Source of the DNA: an uncultured bacterium | Lineage (GTDB): Bacteria; Electryoneota; RPQS01 | DNA: 64,000 nt | Direction: 5' to 3' | Assembly (NCBI GenBank): GCA_963735175.1 | Contig: CAVTJX010000018.1 | Location: forward strand, 1,061-65,060 | Shown: positions 1-13,067 of the stretch, piece after piece | Layout: each line of letters begins with the position of its first letter | How positions within the stretch are numbered: position 1 is the first letter of the stretch | The notes under the pieces: model-generated | Seen by the model: only the letters and a program-made list of their open reading frames with translations | The model's database searches: none | Told to the model about the DNA's origin: nothing | Program-made: the position numbers and the translations under genes

Positions 1-681
1 GTCGATGGCCGTATACGATAGCGCCCGGTACGTGCCGATGTCGTGATACGCCGCGCGGCGCACTGAAAAATTGTTGCCGATCAACGCCTGCGGATGACCG
101 TGTCCCGAAAGGCCCGCGCTGGTCCCCAGTAGAAACAGCCAGTCGAGCGTTTCGAACGATGTCAGTGGAAACGACGCGTGACGCTGCGGATGGGGCATGG
201 TCGTTCCGCACACCATGCCTACATCCGGCGTGAAATAGGTTGCCATGCTGCGCGCCCAGGCCGGTGGCACGATGCAGTCGGCATCCGTCATCAGAATCAC
301 TTCACCCGTCGCCCGGTCGAGTCCCTGGGCGAGTGGTCGCGTCTTCGCCACAAGCTTGCCGTCCGGTTCATCCACGCAATCATGAACTTCATAGCGGCAG
401 CGGAAACGCCCCACGAAGGACTCGGCGACTTTCCGGGTGTCATCCGTCGATTGGTCGTTGATAATCACGATTTGCAGCCGTTCCGGCGGATACTCGAGTT
501 CCAGCAGCGATTCCAACAGCTCGCCCAGGTGCCGTTCTTCGTTGCGCGCGGGAACCACGATGCTGAGCTCCGGCAGATCAGCACGTACATCATAATGATT
601 GTGAATGCCACGAGCAATCAACGCGGCAATAATCACATAAAGTAGACAAATTGCGAGAAAAATGAAAAGAAAAAGGCTCAC
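1..681 (-). CDS. Glycosyltransferase family 2, N-terminal ~226 aa only (3' end lies beyond the left edge)
   Basis: Manual reverse translation from GTG at 681 gives a TM helix, then LPELSIVVPARNEE, QIVIINDQSTDDT and LMTDADC (GT2 motifs). The GTG overlaps the stop of the upstream gene (GTGA). The listed + ORF 178..645 is its antisense shadow. Confidence 0.8.
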   Translation of the reverse strand, partial: MSLFLFIFLAICLLYVIIAALIARGIHNHYDVRADLPELSIVVPARNEERHLGELLESLLELEYPPERLQIVIINDQSTDDTRKVAESFVGRFRCRYEVHDCVDEPDGKLVAKTRPLAQGLDRATGEVILMTDADCIVPPAWARSMATYFTPDVGMVCGTTMPHPQRHASFPLTSFETLDWLFLLGTSAGLSGHGHPQALIGNNFSVRRAAYHDIGTYRALSYTAID

Positions 682-1332
682 GGTTCCTTGCAGGTATAGG
701 GCGGGGAGGATGCCGCCAGAGTCACGAAGTGCCAGCCGCGTCGTGCAACCTCGTCAGCCAGCCGCGGCAAGAGGGGTAAAAGTGCGGAAGTTGTCGGATG
801 CGCGTCATGCAGAACGATGATCGCGCCGTCGTCAAGTCCCGCCGACAGCCGCCGCCACAGCGCGTCCGCACCCTGTGGTTTCCAATCCCGGATCATCACC
901 GACCACAGTACGCCGCGTTGCCCAGTCGCTTCCAGCGCTCGCGCAGTTGCCGGATTAAACAGTCCGTGCGGGGGCCGGAAGTACGGTGCCGGCAGCCGTC
1001 CCGTCGCGGCGTATATGGCTTGCTGTGTTTCAAGAATGCTGGCGGATTGCGCGCTTGCGCCATGCAGAGCCAGGCTGCGATGGGCGTAACCGTGATTGGC
1101 GATCGTCTGGCCCGCACTGTGCAGCTCGCGCACGAGTGAGCCACAAGTAGCGCAGCGCTCGCCGGTCAAAAAATGTGTCGCCGGTATAGACTGTCGCACC
1201 AGGGCCTCGAGCAAGCCGCGGCGTCGTGCCGGGATCCGGACCGTCGTCAAAGGTCAGGGCAATCTGTCCCATTCCCGCGGGCAGGCGCCACAGCCAGGAA
1301 GGAAACAGCCGTTCGCGCAGCCGAGGTGCCAT
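678..1332 (-). CDS. Polysaccharide deacetylase (NodB homology domain); frame break near 1220
   Basis: ORF 1030..1332 starts MAPRL...GQIALTFDDGPDP (NodB TFDDGP motif). The remainder (HGYAHRSL, LWSVMIRDW, IIVLHD) continues in ORF 678..1250, one frame away. Confidence 0.8.
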
Positions 1333-1338
1333 GGTTCA

Positions 1339-3604
1339 CTATGCCGTGGTTTCTGCCGGACGCCGTTTGAGCCGGAAGCGCCGCCAGCGGCGTAACCCCT
1401 TGCGCAGCGTGCGCGGCATGGTCGCCGTGCGGTACCAGCCGTCCTTCCAGCGATAGGGAACTGCCAGACCGGCAATTCCGAACACCGGACTCAGGATGGT
1501 ATGAAAGAGAATGAAAGGCAGGAAATACGGCAGCAGGGATTCGAAATGGAACATGCGGCAGCCCAGTCGGGTGGTTGCGTAATCCCAGCCCAATTTCCAG
1601 AGGGCGATCAGCGTCAGAGCGGGAATCGTCCACGGCGCGAGCAGCATCACGAGCGGCACCGCGCACCACATGAGGTAGTAGGCGTAAATTCCAAAGAGAA
1701 ACGTCAGCATGCTCCGCCGGTATGTGAGCCCCTTGGAGGCCCAGCGGATCCGCTGATGGAACATCTCCCGCACGCTTTGCACGGGCAGCGACTTGACTAC
1801 CGAATCGGAATGTGTGGCAAACACCACCCGCCACATGGTGAGCTTCGACACCCGCTGCGCGAACAGCACGTCGTCGCCCGAGACGACCGCCTTCGAGGAG
1901 CCAAATCCCGCAATCTCATTATAGACCGCCCGGCGATAGGCCAAATTTGAGCCATTGCAACTCGCGGGTATGCCCGCGCCAATGGCGCCCGCGGCCAGGA
2001 ATTGCTGGACCACAAAATCCAGCCATTGCAGCTTCTGCCAAAACGGCACGGGTCCGTCGGGCAAATCAAACACAGTCATCCCCGCGACTACGCCGACGCC
2101 GTCGGTCATCGGCATGAGTAACGCCCGCAGCCAGCCGGGGTGGTACTCGCAATCGGCGTCCGTCGTTACAATCACTTCAGCCGTGGAGCTGCGGATACCC
2201 AGCGCCAGTGCATTTTTCTTCGGCGAGCGCGGATGAAGTTCCGTCACTGTAATGAAACGCAATCGCGGATGGTTCGCGGTGAGTGCTTTCAGAATCTGCG
2301 GTGTGCCGTCGCCGCTGCGATCATCCACTACCACGATTTCCCATTCGCCCGGATAATCCTGCCCCAGCAGCGAGTGCAGCGTTCGCTCCAGCACTTCGGC
2401 TTCGTTCCGTGCCGGCACGATTACGCTTACTGAGGGCCAGGCCTCCGGTACAGCCGCGTGCTGCTTCTTCAGCCGCAGCAAGCCACGCACAAAGCCCGAA
2501 ATCACCAGCCCATAGCCGAGGCTGATTGCCCCTAATACAAGAATGAAAACAAGCGCGGCGCTCATGCCGACACCGCTACTGCTCTTCGACCACGGTACGG
2601 CCCGGAGCCGGTGAATAAAGGGCAGCCCGATCAGACTTGGAAGAAAGACGTTCAACGTAAATAACACCAGCGATGCGGCCACGGCCACTGACGGCTCAAC
2701 CCCCAGACCACGGAAACAATAGACCGCCGTCCATTCGCCGACACCCAGGCTGCCAATAGAAATCGGCAACGCGCCCTTCAGAAAAAATGTTAACAGCGCG
2801 GTCAACATCCCCCCAAACACGGGAACATGCGATCCCATCGCCCAAAGCAGCAACACAAATTGGAAAAGCGCTGAGAACATCGCCACGATCGCCAGGAGCA
2901 GCAGGATCGTGCCTCGCAGCGGACTCGTCAGCGTCATCACGTCAACGGCCTTCCGCAGTTTTTCTCGGAAAGGGAGCCGGTCCGCCAGCCAGGCCAAGGG
3001 CTTAAACGCCGTGCGGGGAAAGACGCCGAGGAGCAGCAGTATCGATCCCCCGGCCACACACAGACTCTTGGTTACGGCGCCGGGTAAAGGAAAGGGTGGT
3101 ACCCACCCGAGCATGGGCAGAATCACCAGCGCGAGCAGCCCCAGTCCATTCATCGCCAGGGCGCTATATCCGCGTTCCATGGCCGACAACCCAATTGCCC
3201 GCGAGAGTGAACAGCGGTGTAGTGCGAGTGCTCGTCCCACTTGACCGACACGGCCAGGCGTGATCAACCCCAGCGTAAACCCCACCCAATAGCCGCGATA
3301 AATGTCGCCGCGGCTCACTTCCGGACCCGCCTCGCGTGCCAGAAGTTTCCAACGCAGGTATTGAAGATACTGCGTCGGCAACCACATCAGGCATGTCCAG
3401 AAGAAGCAGCGTTCCGTCCAGCGACCTCAACACCGTCCAAACATCCCGCCAGCGAACCTGCCAGAACAATAAGACAAATAGCCCCACCGTCAGCAGCACG
3501 CGCAGCCACGGATTCCGCCAGAACGATTGCAGCGGAGGAGTAACCGCGGTTTCTTCGGTGGGTACGGAAGGTTCTTTGACAGGTAGTTCTATGGTATCGC
3601 TCAT
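1339..3604 (-). CDS. Fusion protein: N-terminal multipass flippase-like (LPG-synthase-type) TM region plus C-terminal processive-type GT2; frame break near 3390
   Basis: The N-terminus in ORF 3164..3604 (WLRVLLTVGLFVLLFWQVRW) continues in ORF 1339..3387. The C-terminal half carries SVIVPARNE, VVVDDRSGDG, TTDADC, SGDDVLF and QRIRW (a D, DxD, D, QxxRW pattern). Confidence 0.75.
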
Positions 3605-4823
3605 GGCGTCGAACGAACGGTTGGGGCCGCGGTGGGATGGGCGCGGTCATGCCATTTGAAAGCGGGAAACAAAGCAAGCAGCGGACGAATTAGAATGTAG
3701 AAGGGCAGGCAGAGTTCGGCTGCCAGAAAATCGCGGAAACTAACCGGATAGCGCAAGCGTTGGCTGTATACCCTCAATGTCATCCCTTCAAGGAAAACGC
3801 GAATGCCCACAGCGACGCAAGCCATCAACATCACCTGCGGAAGCCAAAGACTGCTGATCAGCAGTGCAAATAAAAGCAGTGAGCAGACAATGGTCAGCGC
3901 ATAAAATACTCGCCAACGCAGCGGGTAATAGCGAAACGTGCTCTGGTGGCGAATCGACGCCTGAATCTGTCGTCCGAGGCGGGGTGGCCGCCTGTCTTCG
4001 ACAACCGAATCGCGACCCGACGCAAAACGGACCTTCCAGCCGCGCCGGGCGATCGCCTGCGCCATCAGGTCATCGTCGCCGGACGCTACCTGCATCTTGG
4101 CAATGCCGCCCAATTCCGTGTAAATGGCGCGGCGGTACGAAAAACTGCCGCCATTGACGGAGGCTGGAAAGCCCAGCCCGATGGCCGCGGCGGAGGTGTA
4201 ACTGACCAGCAGTCGTTCCATTCGATAGAACAGCGGCGATAGTCCGTGCTGCCATGCCGGAAGCACGGCAGACGCCACAGCTCCCGTTTGTTCGTCGTAG
4301 CATTTTACCAGTGCCCGCACCCAGCCGGGAGCGACAACGCAGTCCGCATCTGTGAACAGTAGGATTTCACCGGAGGATTGTGCGATTCCGTGGCTTAACG
4401 CGTGTTTCTTCGGTCCGATTCCAGCTGGACATGATGGCGCGCTACAGACTTTGCAGTCAATGGCCTTCCCGGCAGCGCGATCTTCGGCGATTTCTCGAGT
4501 ACGATCCGTCGAGTGATCGTCCACCACGCGGATCTGCAGCCGTTCGCGCGGATAATCGAGCCCAAACAGGCTATCCAGACAACGGCCAAGAAACGCTTCT
4601 TCGTTGCGGGCAGCCACGATAATCGAAACCGTGGGCAGCGTGTCGCTATGAGCGAATCCGTGAGCGCGACCAAAAAACAATCCCCAGCGCCCAGAGCCCA
4701 GTAGACAGCTGTTGACGCAATCAGGATGCTTAGCGCTATAGAGTCGATGCCCAATGGTGAAAATCGCCCCGTGCGGTTAATCAAAATCTGGATAAATATA
4801 CCCAAAGCCCTTTGGAAATGCAA
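3601..4823 (-). CDS. Glycosyltransferase family 2 with N-terminal TM segment; frame break at the A6/T6 run near 4671-4676
   Basis: ORF 3601..4680 has SIIVAARNEE, VVDDHSTDRT, FTDADC and SGDDDL. A hydrophobic N-terminus sits in ORF 4395..4823 and joins if one T is added to the run. ATGA overlap with the downstream gene at 3601-3604. Confidence 0.7.
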
Positions 4824-4935
4824 GCGTTACTGCGAAATCAAGAGTCAACTCTAAATCGGCGGTTATACCCGTATGTATAATAATATCAAATGAAAAGACG
4901 ATTACTCGCCATGACCATCCGAGTTGCTATTTTCT

Positions 4936-4965
4936 TTGAGTTTTCGTAGATTACCCCGCTATAAT
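4936..4965 (+). promoter_or_regulatory. Candidate sigma-70-type promoter for ligA (TTGAGT-N18-TATAAT)
   Basis: TTGAGT at 4936-4941 and TATAAT at 4960-4965 lie in an AT-richer divergent intergenic region, about 50 nt upstream of the GTG at 5014. Confidence 0.3.
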
Positions 4966-5013
4966 GTACTCGGTTTTGTCCAGTCCCCGTTGCTGCCCTC
5001 TGAATATTCCGCG

Positions 5014-7045
<2,032 letters not shown>

Positions 7046-7104
7046 TCGCAATTCTTACACTCACGCGCAATCATTTCACCATCAAGGACACGGAACGCTC
7101 CCCG

Positions 7105-7668
7105 ATGCCGACAACCGCAGACATCCGCAAGGGCCTGACGATTCAGATGGAAGGCCAGCTTTTCCAGATCGCCGATTTCCAACATGTCAAGCCAGGCAAG
7201 GGCGGCGCGTTTGTGCGCATGTCCCTTCGCAATATCAAGACCGGACGAGTAATCGACCGCACCCTGAACTCCGGCGCCTCGCTGGATATCGTGCGCGTCG
7301 ACACGCGCGATCTGCAATTTCTCTACCGCGACGGCGACCTCTACCACTTTATGGATCAGGAATCCTATGATCAGCTGGCCCTCGGCCAGGACATGATCGG
7401 CGATGGTGCCAAGTGGATGAAGGACGGAATCATCTGTCGCGTCAGTTTCCTGAGCGAGGTTCCCCTTAGCCTCGAAGTGCCGAATTTTCTTGAGCTCGAA
7501 ATCACCCAGACCGCGCCCGGCGTTAAAGGCGATACGGTATCCGGTTCCGGTAAACCCGCAACGTTGGAAACCGGTGCCATTGTACAGGTCCCGTTTTTCG
7601 TCGATCAAGGCGATGTCATCCGCGTCGATACCCGCACGGCAGAGTACCTTGATCGCGTCAAGCGGTAA
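7105..7668 (+). CDS. efp: Elongation factor P
   Basis: MPTTADIRKGLTIQMEGQLFQIADFQHVKPGKGGAFVRM... (KPGKG loop), 187 aa. It appears fused to ligA in ORF 6292..7668 only because of the ligA frame break. Confidence 0.95.
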   Translation: MPTTADIRKGLTIQMEGQLFQIADFQHVKPGKGGAFVRMSLRNIKTGRVIDRTLNSGASLDIVRVDTRDLQFLYRDGDLYHFMDQESYDQLALGQDMIGDGAKWMKDGIICRVSFLSEVPLSLEVPNFLELEITQTAPGVKGDTVSGSGKPATLETGAIVQVPFFVDQGDVIRVDTRTAEYLDRVKR

Positions 7669-7807
7669 AACCTTGTACCGGCCCCGCGCGATAACGGACC
7701 GTGTTCTGGCCGTACGCGCCGTCAACCATTTTTAAGCGATTTAGGGCTTCCTGATTCGAATTCACCGGCGATAGCGCCATCACGTCTCGAATCCCGGCAA
7801 CGTTGAC

Positions 7808-7841
7808 CGGCTGGCGACCCGCTTCTAAGGTCGACCAGCCG
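7808..7841 (+). promoter_or_regulatory. Strong imperfect hairpin in the accB leader
   Basis: CGGCTGGCGACC (7808-7819) pairs with GGTCG-A-CCAGCCG (7829-7841): 12 bp with one bulge and a 9-nt loop. There is no U-tract after it. It lies 10 nt upstream of the AGGAGG (7852-7857) that precedes the accB ATG. Confidence 0.35.
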
Positions 7842-7865
7842 ATCAGAATACAGGAGGTATTTTCT

Positions 7866-8363
7866 ATGCCCGCACCCCGCCCGAAAACTGAGAAGGGCCG
7901 TCTCGAACTGCCGGAGATCAAGAAGCTGATTGAAATGATCGAACGCAGCCCGATCACCGAGTTCGAACTTAATGACAAGGATCTGAAGATCCGAATCTCG
8001 AAAAATGGGGGCGGTGTGCCCGCCGTGCCGGTTTTGCAGTCTGCGCCCATTCCAGTTCCGGTGGCCGCTCCCGCATCCGCGGCGGTCCCTGCGGAAACCG
8101 TAGCACCACGGCCGACCTTTTCCGAGATCAAGTCACCCATGGTGGGCACTTTCTATCGCGCCCAGTCGCCCGATGCCGAACCCTATGTGCGGATCGGCGA
8201 CAAGGTCGAACCGGGTAAAGTGCTCTGCATAGTCGAAGCCATGAAACTAATGAACGAACTCGAAAGCGAAATCCGGGGCCGGATTGTCGAGATTCTCATC
8301 GAAAATGCCCAACCCGTCGAATTCGGACAAGTGCTCTTTCGCGTTGATACCAGTGCCGCCTAA
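7866..8363 (+). CDS. accB: Biotin carboxyl carrier protein of acetyl-CoA carboxylase
   Basis: AGGAGG RBS 8 nt upstream. Pro/Ala linker, then the biotinyl domain with the EAMKLMNE motif. Confidence 0.9.
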   Translation: MPAPRPKTEKGRLELPEIKKLIEMIERSPITEFELNDKDLKIRISKNGGGVPAVPVLQSAPIPVPVAAPASAAVPAETVAPRPTFSEIKSPMVGTFYRAQSPDAEPYVRIGDKVEPGKVLCIVEAMKLMNELESEIRGRIVEILIENAQPVEFGQVLFRVDTSAA

Positions 8364-9728
8364 TGCTTGATAAAGTGCTTATCGCCAACCGGGGAGAGAT
8401 CGCGCTGCGGATTATCCGCGCCTGCCGCGAACTCGGCATTAAATCCGTCGCTGTCTGCTCGACTGCGGACCGCGATTCTCTGCATGTCAAATTTGCCGAC
8501 GAATCCGTCTGCATCGGTCCTCCGCCATCGTCTGAGAGCTATCTGCAGCCCAAAGCACTCATTTCGGCGGCCGAAATCACCAACGCCGACGCGATTCATC
8601 CCGGCTATGGTTTCCTCGCCGAAAACGCCGATTTTGCCCAAATCTGTATTGACCATGAGCTGATCTGGATCGGTCCGCCACCGCAAGTGATTGACAAAAT
8701 GGGGCACAAGTCCGAGGCCAAGCGCACGATGCAGGCCGCGGGATGCCCCGTGATCCCGGGCAGCGACGGTCCTGTCACAGGTGTCGCCGAAGCGCGCGAA
8801 GTGGCGGCGGAGATTGGTCTGCCGATCATGATCAAGGCCGTAGCCGGCGGCGGCGGCCGTGGCATGCGGCTGGTCACGCGCATGGAGAACCTCGAATCCG
8901 CCTACGAGATGGCGCATGCCGAGGCTGAAGCGTCCTTTAACAACGGCGATCTCTACATTGAACGCGCGATCCTTCGAACCGCGCCATGTCGAAATTCAGA
9001 TTCTGGGCGACGGTCTGGGCAATTGCATTCACCTCGGCGAACGCGATTGCTCCACTCAGCGCCGTCACCAGAAATTAATCGAAGAATCTCCCTCGCCGAT
9101 AGTCACCGACAAACTGCGGCGCAAAATGGGTAGCGTCGCCGCTGACGCGGCGGGCGCGCTGGGTTATGCCTCGGCGGGGACGATGGAATTCCTCGTGGAT
9201 CGCGAGCTCAATTTCTATTTTATGGAAATGAACACCCGCATTCAGGTGGAACACCCGGTCACCGAAATGGTCACCGGAGTCGACATTGCCAAAGAGCAAC
9301 TCCGCCTCGCGCGCGGCGAACCGCTGATCAGACAGCAGGACGTCCACTTCTCCGGTCACGCTATCGAATGCCGCATTAACGCCGAGGATCCGACGCGCAG
9401 TTTTCGGCCTTGTCCCGGCAAGATCACCGCGCTCAACATTCCCGGCGGCCCCGGTATCCGCGTCGATACCCACATCTATCAGGGCTATACGATTCCGCCC
9501 TACTATGACAGCCTCATCGCCAAGCTTATCGCCTGGGGGCGCGACCGCGATGAAGCGATTGCCCGCATGCTGCGCGCACTGGACGAATTCGTGGTCGAGG
9601 GCGTGGAGACGACAATTTCATTCCATAAAAAAGTGCTCGCGATGGAGCAGTTCGTCGGCAGTAATGTTCACACGAAATGGGTTGAGGAATTCATGGAGCG
9701 GGAAGCCGCAAAAGCCGCGACATCCTGA
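8363..9728 (+). CDS. accC: Biotin carboxylase; one frame break near 8970
   Basis: [26 protein letters not shown]..., GGGGRGMR, then [11 protein letters not shown]...[14 protein letters not shown] in the +1 frame (ORF 8859..9728). TAATG overlap with accB. Confidence 0.95.
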
Positions 9729-9735
9729 AATCTGC

Positions 9736-11217
9736 ATGCGCACATCCCCTTGGGGCTGGATCATTCTACTGTCCCTGCTGATGCTGGGCTGCCGCGATCC
9801 CAAGGCTACAGGTCCCGAACCGCTTTTCCCCGACAACAGCATGCGACTGTTCTTCGCCGGTTGTGACCCTCTGGCCTACGGCCCGGGTTTGCACGATCAA
9901 ATAACGTTGGTGGAGAACTCGACTGCTTCCTGTAACGACGCGATCTGGCTCTACGGGAATTTACCGACGTGGCAAAGCAACGCCGTGTTGGCCGAGCCCG
10001 GAGTTTACACGGAAGGCTTCCACCTCGTCTTTGAGGAAGACAGCCCCATCCGATACGACTCCCACTACGTCCACGTATCGTTTCAGGGGATCGCCGTCAG
10101 CATCGACACCGCGTTTTTAGCGCCCCCAGGGGATCCCCGCCCGGTCTATGAATTGGCGGCTACGGCCACGCTCCTGGACACCGTCACTGCGCCACGACGC
10201 CTTCGCCTGACGGTCAGCGGCGGCCAGAAGTTGCTCGCGACTTCCAGCATGGGCTCCTGGGTTAGTTCAGACGTTGACCGCTCGCGGCTCTGTCGGCTCA
10301 AGTTTCTCCAGCAACCTCGTGACGGCATCGGTCGCCCGGGCATTGGCACACCCTATACTCTGGCATATGCCGACGGCGCTGTGAGTGATTCGCTCATTCT
10401 CGACTTCACCGGCGGCGCGCGCCTCAGCGACGCCCATAACTCGCTCATCATGGGTCCCCGCTTCGGTGTAGCCTACGTCGCCGCCGCTGCCGGCGGTTGC
10501 CGCGACACTGCCGCCTTCTGGACGCTTCCGTCCGTCGCAGCCTTTAACGTTGATACTCTTGGTACGTGGCTGAATCCGCCCGGTCGTCCGCTTTCCGACG
10601 GCACACACGTCTGGTTTTATGACTATGAGAATTTGCCGGAAGGATCTGCCACGCCGAGCGCGATGCGCGTGACGGATCTCACCGATGTGCCGTTTATCTG
10701 GCATCCCACTTTCGCCAGTGAAAATCAGATCACGGTCCACTGGGACCGCAAGAACCGGTTGATCTGGATTGTCGACCGCTCCTCCACCGTCGCGGATACC
10801 GCGTGGGGTTACTCACGGCAGTGGCATCTTGACTCCACGATCGTTTCCCCATTCATTCCTAACGCCGCGATCTATCGTGGGCAATGGGTTTATGCCGATG
10901 AGCATGATCGGTTGCGGCGGGAAATCCGGGCGTGCGCACTCGACGGTTCGGGAGACCACTTGCTCGGCGTCTATCCGACAGAATTAACCGAGGGTTTCGC
11001 TGGCGGCGCGGGGCTTGGTTATCCCGGCGCCGGTTGCTACCCTTATTATTCCGTGAACACCTTCGACGAGCAGGGTTTCTGGTCGTCGCAGCAGGGCATC
11101 ATGAACCGCTCTGGCTATGCCGACGGTCCCGCATCCCTGCTCACGGCCGATAGTATTATTGTCTATGCCTTATACGGATACAATTACTGGTACTGGGAAT
11201 TGCGCGTCCTGCATTGA
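9736..11217 (+). CDS. Hypothetical lipoprotein (493 aa), no recognisable domain
   Basis: ATG at 9736 gives MRTSPWGWIILLSLLMLGC (a signal peptide plus an LMLGC lipobox). The frame is uninterrupted. I recognise no family motif. Confidence 0.55.
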   Translation: MRTSPWGWIILLSLLMLGCRDPKATGPEPLFPDNSMRLFFAGCDPLAYGPGLHDQITLVENSTASCNDAIWLYGNLPTWQSNAVLAEPGVYTEGFHLVFEEDSPIRYDSHYVHVSFQGIAVSIDTAFLAPPGDPRPVYELAATATLLDTVTAPRRLRLTVSGGQKLLATSSMGSWVSSDVDRSRLCRLKFLQQPRDGIGRPGIGTPYTLAYADGAVSDSLILDFTGGARLSDAHNSLIMGPRFGVAYVAAAAGGCRDTAAFWTLPSVAAFNVDTLGTWLNPPGRPLSDGTHVWFYDYENLPEGSATPSAMRVTDLTDVPFIWHPTFASENQITVHWDRKNRLIWIVDRSSTVADTAWGYSRQWHLDSTIVSPFIPNAAIYRGQWVYADEHDRLRREIRACALDGSGDHLLGVYPTELTEGFAGGAGLGYPGAGCYPYYSVNTFDEQGFWSSQQGIMNRSGYADGPASLLTADSIIVYALYGYNYWYWELRVLH

Positions 11218-11295
11218 CGCTTCCTGGCTTTCATTCCCGCAATCTCCATCCGGTGGATGAACACATTCCACCGCAATCAACCTTTCGAGGATTCG

Positions 11296-11679
11296 ATGAA
11301 CATTCCACAGGATCTCCTCTACACCAAGGACCACGAATGGGTGCGCCTGGATGGCAATACCGCTGTGGTTGGGGTTACTGATTTTGCGCAGGGCGAACTG
11401 GGCGATGTCGTCTTCGTTCAACTTCCCGCCGTGGGCACGAAGGTCAAACAGGGTGAGTCCCTGGGCACGATCGAAGCCGTGAAGGCCGTGGCGGACATCT
11501 ACTCGCCGCTCTCCGGCGAAGTGGTTGAAATCAATGCCATCCTGACGGACAAACCGGAAACCATGAACCAGGACCCCTACGGTAAGGGCTGGGTTGCCAA
11601 AATCCGCACCACGAACCTCGCCGCCGAGCGCTCCGAACTTTTGAATCCGGCCGCTTACACCGATCTGACCTCGGTCTGA
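11296..11679 (+). CDS. gcvH: Glycine cleavage system protein H
   Basis: MNIPQDLLYTKDHEWVRLDGN...GTIEAVKAVADIYSP (lipoyl-lysine motif). Confidence 0.9.
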   Translation: MNIPQDLLYTKDHEWVRLDGNTAVVGVTDFAQGELGDVVFVQLPAVGTKVKQGESLGTIEAVKAVADIYSPLSGEVVEINAILTDKPETMNQDPYGKGWVAKIRTTNLAAERSELLNPAAYTDLTSV

Positions 11680-11714
11680 CCTGCCCCACGTTTCCGTTTA
11701 ACCTATCCGACTCC

Positions 11715-13067
11715 ATGCAGTACATTCCTCACACTCCCGATGACCGCGAGCAGATGCTCCGCGCCATCGGGGTCTCCTCGCTTGAAGATCTGTTGCAGCC
11801 GATTCCCGACGCCTTGCGTCTCAAGCGCCCGCTCAATCTTCCGGGCGGCATGTCCGAACAGGAAGTGACGGCACAGATGACCAATCTGGCGCGTAAAAAT
11901 CTTGACGCCGCCGATCTGGTCAGCTTCCTCGGCGCAGGCAGCTACGATCACTTCGTTCCCGCCGCTGTCAACGCCCTCTCCAGCCGCAGCGAATTTCTTA
12001 CCGCATACACGCCCTATCAGCCCGAAGTTTCGCAGGGCACGCTGCAAGTAATCTACGAATTCCAGTCCATGATCTGTGAACTCTTCGTCATGGACGCCGC
12101 CAATGCCAGTATGTACGACGGCGGCACAGCGCTTGCTGAAGCGATTATGCTGGCCGCTGCGCACACCGGCCGCAAACGCGTGCTCTGGCCCGTCAGCGTG
12201 CACCCGCATTACCGCAAGGTCACGCAGACGCTGTCGCATTCCCTCGGCGTTCAGTTTGCCGAACTGACTCTGTGCGGCGGCAGACTCAATCTTAAAGATC
12301 TGACCTCCGCGCTGACCTCCGATGTAGCCGCGGTGGTTTTCCAGTATCCGAATTTCTTCGGCGGCATCGAGCATCTCGCGCCGCTGATCGCCCGTGTGCA
12401 CGAGGCTGGCGCCCTCGCTATTATCGTCGCTGATCCGCTCGCCATGGGTGTGCTCGAGGCTCCCGGCAATTGGGGCGCGGATATTGTCGTCGGCGAAGGC
12501 CAGGCGCTGGGCAATCCCCAATCGTATGGCGGCCCCTACCTTGGCCTCTTCACCGCTACCGATAAGCTGCTGCGCCGTATGCCGGGCCGGATTGTCGGCG
12601 TCACAAAAGATGTCGACGGCAATCGCGGCTATGTGCTCACGCTGCAAACGCGCGAGCAACACATTCGCCGCGAAAAGGCCACCTCCAATATCTGCTCCAA
12701 CCAGGGGCTCATCGCCACCCGCGCCACGATCTTTATGTCGCTGCTCGGACCCCGCGGCCTTAAGGGAGTCGGCGAAGCCTGCATGGGCGCTTGCCAGTAT
12801 CTGCGGCAAGCCCTCAAAGGTGTCGACGGCATTGAACTCGTCCATGACGGCCCGCACTTCAAGGAATTTGTCTTCCGTCTCAAGGGCGATATCGGCAAGT
12901 ATCTCGAGTTCATGGCCAATCGCAAGATTCTCGCGGGCATTCCGCTCAAACGCTTCCAGATTGGTCTCGACGACTGCCTGCTCGTTGCCGTGACCGAAAC
13001 GCGTACACAGACGGAACTCGATGGTTATGTCGCCGCGACGCGTACCTTTCTTAAGGGAGCCCACTGA
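11715..13067 (+). CDS. gcvPA: Glycine dehydrogenase (decarboxylating) subunit 1
   Basis: 450 aa intact; MQYIPHTPDDREQMLRAIGV...; typical two-subunit P-protein N-terminal half. Confidence 0.95.
   Translation: MQYIPHTPDDREQMLRAIGVSSLEDLLQPIPDALRLKRPLNLPGGMSEQEVTAQMTNLARKNLDAADLVSFLGAGSYDHFVPAAVNALSSRSEFLTAYTPYQPEVSQGTLQVIYEFQSMICELFVMDAANASMYDGGTALAEAIMLAAAHTGRKRVLWPVSVHPHYRKVTQTLSHSLGVQFAELTLCGGRLNLKDLTSALTSDVAAVVFQYPNFFGGIEHLAPLIARVHEAGALAIIVADPLAMGVLEAPGNWGADIVVGEGQALGNPQSYGGPYLGLFTATDKLLRRMPGRIVGVTKDVDGNRGYVLTLQTREQHIRREKATSNICSNQGLIATRATIFMSLLGPRGLKGVGEACMGACQYLRQALKGVDGIELVHDGPHFKEFVFRLKGDIGKYLEFMANRKILAGIPLKRFQIGLDDCLLVAVTETRTQTELDGYVAATRTFLKGAH

Noticed and set aside
178-645. A + strand 155-aa ORF at the left edge.
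   Set aside because: The reverse strand translates into a clear GT2 glycosyltransferase with canonical motifs, so the + ORF is its shadow.
11218-11295. A glycine riboswitch upstream of the gcv genes, and the absence of gcvT, as an anomaly.
   Set aside because: Only about 80 nt of leader is available and it shows no tandem-aptamer-like structure. gcvT is often encoded elsewhere, so its absence from the window is unremarkable.
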